Source: Anaerolineae bacterium (GTDB taxonomy: Bacteria > Chloroflexota > Anaerolineae > UBA4142). From it: a stretch of DNA of 64,000 bases. The notes beneath the pieces were generated by a model. The model was not told where the DNA came from. It saw only the letters and a list, made by a program, of their open reading frames with translations, and made no database searches. Both the position numbers and the translations under genes were made by a program. The stretch spans positions 317-64,316 of the forward strand of contig DAOUAL010000021.1 in assembly GCA_034433515.1 (NCBI GenBank), written 5' to 3'. Position 1 is the first letter of the stretch. Every line of letters starts with the position of its first letter. Of this stretch, positions 59,629 to 64,000 are shown in pieces.

Positions 59629-60486
59629 ATGGAGATCAAAACCGTAGGCGTTGTTGGGTGTGGCTTGATGGGCAGCGGCATTGCTGAATTGGTTGCTCGC
59701 AAGGGCTACACCGTCATCGTCCGTGAGATCAACAACGATTTCTTGGCAAAAGGATTGCAACGTATCCAAGACTCGACGGCGTACGCGGTCAAGAAAGAAA
59801 AAATGACCGCTGCCGAGCGCGAAGCGTTGCTGGCACGCATTCGCGGAACAACCCAGATGGACGATTTAGCCACCGCTGATCTGGTCATCGAAGCCGCGAT
59901 TGAAAACCTTGAACTCAAGAAATCCATCTTTGAGGAACTGGATCGCATCACCCGCCCCGATGTGATCCTGGCTTCCAACACCTCCTCGCTTGCCGTCACC
60001 GAGATGGCGAGCAAGACCCGTCGCCCGGACAAGGTGCTGGGTTTGCACTTTTTCAATCCGGTCCCGGTGATGCCCTTGCTCGAAATGGTGCGCACGTTTC
60101 TCACCAGCGAAGAGACGTATCAAACCGCGCGGCGCTGGGGCGAAGGGTTGGGCAAGACCATTATCGTGTCCAAAGATGCACCGGGCTTTATCGTCAATGC
60201 CTTGCTCATCCCGTACCTTCTGGACGCCGTGCGAATGTACGAAAACGGCTTTGCCACGAAAGAGGATATTGACACCGGCATCAAACTGGGGCTGAATCAT
60301 CCGATGGGTCCGCTCACGCTCCTGGATTTCGTCGGACTCGATACTACCCTCTTTATCGCCGACGAAATGTTCAAAGAGACCAAAGACCCACGCTTTGCCG
60401 TCCCCACGTTGTTGCGTCGTATGGTTACCGCCGGCTATCTCGGACGCAAGAGCGGCAAGGGGTTTTACGATTATTCCAGTCGCTAG
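59629..60486 (+). CDS. hbd: 3-hydroxyacyl-CoA (3-hydroxybutyryl-CoA) dehydrogenase
   Basis: Rossmann VGVVGCGLMGSGIA. HFFNPVPVMPLLE and GFIVNALLIPY motifs. Confidence 0.9.
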   Translation: MEIKTVGVVGCGLMGSGIAELVARKGYTVIVREINNDFLAKGLQRIQDSTAYAVKKEKMTAAEREALLARIRGTTQMDDLATADLVIEAAIENLELKKSIFEELDRITRPDVILASNTSSLAVTEMASKTRRPDKVLGLHFFNPVPVMPLLEMVRTFLTSEETYQTARRWGEGLGKTIIVSKDAPGFIVNALLIPYLLDAVRMYENGFATKEDIDTGIKLGLNHPMGPLTLLDFVGLDTTLFIADEMFKETKDPRFAVPTLLRRMVTAGYLGRKSGKGFYDYSSR

Positions 60487-60518
60487 TCGTTAGTCGTTAG
60501 TCATTAGTTGTTAGTAGC
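60484..60518 (+). repeat. five tandem heptamers TAGTCGT-like starting at the hbd stop codon
   Basis: TAGTCGT TAGTCGT TAGTCAT TAGTTGT TAGTAGC. TAG recurs in all three frames. Confidence 0.8.
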
Positions 60519-60641
60519 CAGATGCGAGTTTTGATGGCTGAGCGTTGGAGGGCAAAAACCCAATTGGGTTTCAAACGCGCCTTTTGGCGTGTGGTGGTTT
60601 GCGCTGGCAAACGGATTTGCCGCGCCGCCCGTCGCGTGGCA

Positions 60642-60747
60642 CGAGTAGTGCAACCATATAAAAGTGCGTGGTGAAAACTCGATTTTTAGCCACGTCCGTC
60701 AACGTCTTCCCATCAGTCTGGTAAACTATTTCATGTTGTTGCACTAG
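60642..60747 (-). mobile_element. MITE-like element copy 7 (106 bp, subfamily B with 3-nt deletion)
   Basis: cGAG...CTAG flanks. One terminal repeat is degraded (GTGCAACCATATAAAA). Confidence 0.8.
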
Positions 60748-60787
60748 TTCAAAAACAAAGATGTGGAGCCGGATAGTCCGGCTCCAC
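60748..60787 (-). terminator. rho-independent terminator of the inositol-phosphate synthase gene
   Basis: Minus strand GTGGAGCCGGA-cta-TCCGGCTCCAC followed by ATCTTTGTTTTTG. Confidence 0.7.
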
Positions 60788-60794
60788 GTGCCAT

Positions 60795-61880
60795 TTATTT
60801 CCCGCGAATGAATTCTTCTACCATCTCGCGCGCTTGATCATCCGGGAATTGCTTGGGCGGCGATTTCATAAAGTATGAACTCGGCGCCACCAGCGCGCCC
60901 TTCAGTCCGCGATCCAACGCAATTTTGGCACAGCGCACGGCATCAATCACCACGCCGGCACTGTTCGGCGAATCCCACACTTCGAGTTTCAATTCCAAAT
61001 TGAGTGGCACATCACCAAACGTCGTCCCTTCCATTCGAATGTAACACCACTTGCGATCGGTCAGCCACGGCACATAATCACTGGGACCGACGTGCACATT
61101 CTCCGCCGGCAACTCGTGCCCCAGCATCGAAGTAACCGCATTCGTCTTGGAAATCTTTTTCGATTCGAGCCGCTCGCGTTCCAGCATATTCAAGAAATCG
61201 GTGTTGCCACCAAAGTTGAGTTGATACGTTCGATCCAAGCGCACGCCGCGATCTTCGAACAAGCGCGTCAGAACGCGATGCGTGATCGTCGCGCCCACCT
61301 GCGATTTGATGTCATCGCCGATGATGGGCAAGCCACGTTCCTCAAATCGTTTCTGCCAATATTTTTCTTTGGCGATAAATACCGGGATACAGTTCACCAT
61401 CGCACAGCCCGCATCCAACACCTGCTCCACGTACCACTTGGTTGCTTCTTCCGAGCCGACCGGCAAATAGTTGATGACCACATCGGCTTTGGTGGCTTTC
61501 AAGATGCCCACCACATCATCCGTGGGACCCGGTGCTTTTTCGATCACCTGGGACAGATACTTGCCCAGCCCATCGTGCGTCATTCCGCGATGCACCTTGA
61601 CGCCCAGTTTCGGCACATCGGTAAACTTGTAGGTGTTGTTCGGCGCGGTAAAGATCGCTTCGGCAACATCCTTGCCTACCTTGTTCTTGTCAATGTCAAA
61701 GGCAGCAACGATTTCAATATCGCCCACATGATACCCGCCCAAATTCACGTGCATCAAGCCGGGCACTTGGGTATCCACCGGCGCATCTTGATAGTAATGA
61801 ATCCCTTGCACAAAACTACTGGCGCAGTTTCCCACCCCAATGATGGCAACGCGCACCTTACGACTTTTTGCTTTTGGCAC
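60795..61880 (-). CDS. ino1: inositol-3-phosphate synthase (myo-inositol-1-phosphate synthase)
   Basis: NAD-binding N-terminus [18 protein letters not shown] and full-length similarity to the prokaryotic MIPS family. 361 aa. Confidence 0.85.
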   Translation of the reverse strand: MPKAKSRKVRVAIIGVGNCASSFVQGIHYYQDAPVDTQVPGLMHVNLGGYHVGDIEIVAAFDIDKNKVGKDVAEAIFTAPNNTYKFTDVPKLGVKVHRGMTHDGLGKYLSQVIEKAPGPTDDVVGILKATKADVVINYLPVGSEEATKWYVEQVLDAGCAMVNCIPVFIAKEKYWQKRFEERGLPIIGDDIKSQVGATITHRVLTRLFEDRGVRLDRTYQLNFGGNTDFLNMLERERLESKKISKTNAVTSMLGHELPAENVHVGPSDYVPWLTDRKWCYIRMEGTTFGDVPLNLELKLEVWDSPNSAGVVIDAVRCAKIALDRGLKGALVAPSSYFMKSPPKQFPDDQAREMVEEFIRGK

Positions 61881-61962
61881 AAATCCCTCCTAGGTTTTTA
61901 TTGCTGATGATCGTGCTGATACTTGATGATTAAAACCCCGAACCTCACCTCGCGTTGCAGAA

Positions 61963-62952
61963 TTAGGCGCGCGCCCATTTTTGCAAACGATCGTTGGGGG
62001 TGATGCCGGGGATGCGCCCGCGTTTGGCAATCGGCTTGCCTTCGATTTCTTTGAGATCGCCGGTAAAGTCAATCGGCGGGGCGCCGCTGATCGCACTCCC
62101 CACGCCATAGCCATCCACCGGCGCGCCTTCGCGTTTGAACAATTCGATCCGTTCGAGGTCCACGCCGCCGCTCACAAAAATTTTCACGCGTGGGAATCCG
62201 GCTTGATCGAGGCGCGCCCGAACTTCTTTGACCAGATCAGGGGTTACGCGCCCGCGTTCCGCTGGCGTATCCAGCCGAACGCCCCACAGATGATCGCCCA
62301 ACGCTTGCGCCACGCGAATCGCTTCTTCCGCTTCATCGCGAAACGTGTCCACAAGCGCAATACGACTCACGTCGGGCGGCATCCATTTATCGAAGGCTTG
62401 CACCGCGCGTACCGTATCGCCAAAGATGAGGATCATGGCATGCGGCATGGTGCCGGCCGGTTGTTTGCCAGCCAGTCGCGCACCCGCTGGCGTGGCGCAC
62501 GTGCTACATCCACCGATGATCGCGGCATACTCCATTTGCGCCGCAACGTTGGGATGGACGTGGCGTGCCCCAAACGAAATAACCGGGATAGGATGCGCGG
62601 CTTGGACGATGCGATGCGCCGCCGTTGCCCAGCCGCTTTGCGAGGCAAGGATTCCCAGGATCGCCGTCTCGTATAAACCGAACGTCGAGTACGGCGCACG
62701 AATGCGCAACACGATTTCCTTGGCGCGCATCGGTGCCCCTTCCGCGAGCATCCAAACTTGCGCATCGTGCGGAAGCACTGCCGCCAACAATCGTGTTACT
62801 TCGTTGATGCCGCACAGGATTCCATCACGCGATGGAAAAATTTCCATCGTTACCACCGGGTCGAGTCCTTCGCGGTGCAAAATCTCGCGCGTGCGATGAA
62901 AGTACAGGTCGGCGGTGTCGCCGATGAGAATTGCGTCTGCAATGTTCGGCAT
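61963..62952 (-). CDS. pncB: nicotinate phosphoribosyltransferase (short archaeal/thermophile-type)
   Basis: Type II PRTase fold (ADLYFHRT.., FGARHVHP, GTMPHAMI, VRLDTP, VSGG). Start placed at ATG 62952 with GAGGA upstream, 6 nt after the upstream gene stop. Confidence 0.7.
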   Translation of the reverse strand: MPNIADAILIGDTADLYFHRTREILHREGLDPVVTMEIFPSRDGILCGINEVTRLLAAVLPHDAQVWMLAEGAPMRAKEIVLRIRAPYSTFGLYETAILGILASQSGWATAAHRIVQAAHPIPVISFGARHVHPNVAAQMEYAAIIGGCSTCATPAGARLAGKQPAGTMPHAMILIFGDTVRAVQAFDKWMPPDVSRIALVDTFRDEAEEAIRVAQALGDHLWGVRLDTPAERGRVTPDLVKEVRARLDQAGFPRVKIFVSGGVDLERIELFKREGAPVDGYGVGSAISGAPPIDFTGDLKEIEGKPIAKRGRIPGITPNDRLQKWARA

Positions 62953-62957
62953 ATTTT

Positions 62958-63995
62958 TTATCCTCGTTGAATTCCTTGCCACTGTTCAAGGGGGTCGGTG
63001 GAACGAACCACGTGCATCCCGGCTTGCGCAAAGCGTTGAAACGCCGCATCGGCTTGGTCAGTATAGTCAATCACGCCGGGCACTACCACCGGCGAGGTAC
63101 AATCTTCGAGCAGATAAACTTTATGCGCGAGCGCGGGATCGGTCGCGCGAATATCCTCGAGTAAATCCGCAATCGTCCATGCAACACAGTGACTCTTGGC
63201 TTCGCCGGCGATAATGACCGCATCAAATTCCTTGAGCAAGTTGATGAACTTGGAACTTTTGTCCGCCAAGAGTTTGTGATCGAAACTTGTTCTGACTTCG
63301 GGTCCCAATACCGAATAGTGTTCGGTCAGCGGAACATCGCCCTTGATGTGAAAATCGGGCCGACTGTACCGCGCAACACTGTGAAAGAACACGGCTTCTT
63401 CAAACGCCGGCACCAACGCATGTCCAATCCCACCGAGCATGGCGTGATAGGGCCAAATGGTGAGCGCGTATTTACCGCTGGCTTCAAGTTGCTGGGCATA
63501 GTATTCGAGATGGCGTTGACCATATTCGGGTGTGATGCCCAAACTAGACGCAATTGCCGGATTGAATTTCCACACGCCGTGCCGAATGTCGTCAAGTGAG
63601 ATGAGGGTGTACGGGGCGGGGTGTTCGCCTTGATCGTTGATGAGATAAACGGCGTGGAAAATTTGGATGGCTTGATGCGTGTCCATCGTGGGAACGATTT
63701 GCGTAATCACAGCGAGGTTGCGATAAATAAATTCACACAATCGGCGCGTATCGTCCACCGCGCCGGTGCCGGAGCGTCCGCCGACGTACAACTCAAAGCT
63801 GGGAATACAAAAGGTGTTTTGGACATCCACCGCGATCAAACTGATTTTGAAACGGTCGTGTGCAGCGGGCTGAAGTTGATGTTGGGTTGCCCATACTCGC
63901 GCTTGAGTAGCGCGCTCTTGATACGGGACCTGCCACACCTGTCCAACTTTTTCCGCCGTGAAATGCGGCGGCAAGGGCAAAGCTGAACGAGTCAT
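62958..63995 (-). CDS. isochorismatase-family hydrolase (nicotinamidase-like, long form)
   Basis: [15 protein letters not shown] (Asp motif) and [14 protein letters not shown] (nucleophile Cys). Adjacent to the PRTase gene. 345 aa, longer than classical PncA. Confidence 0.65.
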   Translation of the reverse strand: MTRSALPLPPHFTAEKVGQVWQVPYQERATQARVWATQHQLQPAAHDRFKISLIAVDVQNTFCIPSFELYVGGRSGTGAVDDTRRLCEFIYRNLAVITQIVPTMDTHQAIQIFHAVYLINDQGEHPAPYTLISLDDIRHGVWKFNPAIASSLGITPEYGQRHLEYYAQQLEASGKYALTIWPYHAMLGGIGHALVPAFEEAVFFHSVARYSRPDFHIKGDVPLTEHYSVLGPEVRTSFDHKLLADKSSKFINLLKEFDAVIIAGEAKSHCVAWTIADLLEDIRATDPALAHKVYLLEDCTSPVVVPGVIDYTDQADAAFQRFAQAGMHVVRSTDPLEQWQGIQRG

Positions 63996-64000
63996 TTCTC

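Overview
Gene-dense 64-kb bacterial chromosomal window (about 60 CDS, 3 tRNAs), roughly 55-60% GC by spot counts. Gene content and repeat style suggest a Chloroflexota-like lineage, but I cannot verify that without a database search. Hairpin and motif coordinates were hand-indexed and may be off by 1-2 nt.

Housekeeping content:
- Paired M16 peptidases, malate dehydrogenase, citrate synthase, Lon, gyrB, glyA and lipB.
- Glutamate synthase, encoded here as two ORFs.
- hbd, inositol-3-phosphate synthase, and a pncA-like/pncB NAD-salvage pair.
- A Ugp/CUT1-like ABC importer with a DeoR regulator, and a BMP-family ABC importer.
- A TetR-linked CoA-transferase/crotonase/acyl-CoA dehydrogenase cluster.
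- A PAS-GAF histidine kinase with an OmpR-type regulator.
- A tRNA-Ser/Ser/Arg operon next to a DHH-CBS-nucleotidyltransferase fusion.

Main points of interest:
1. A peroxiredoxin gene carries an in-frame TGA exactly at the peroxidatic-Cys codon (PxxxTxxU), so it is a candidate selenoprotein. The ORF track splits it.
2. Seven copies of a 100-109 bp MITE-like element are flanked by CTAG, the classical IS630-type target. One copy sits on the stop codon between the two glutamate synthase ORFs. Another is inserted in-frame in a dead transposase. The element interior shows a codon-like substitution pattern.
3. An AT-rich type II restriction-modification cassette is packed tightly into a housekeeping gene string. 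It has a motif-permuted methyltransferase and an endonuclease with a SAP-like N-terminus.
4. A REC-GGDEF protein has lost the key residues of both domains.
5. There are several families of short hairpin repeats, leader terminators and gene-decay scars.

No CRISPR array, rRNA or intact transposase was seen.
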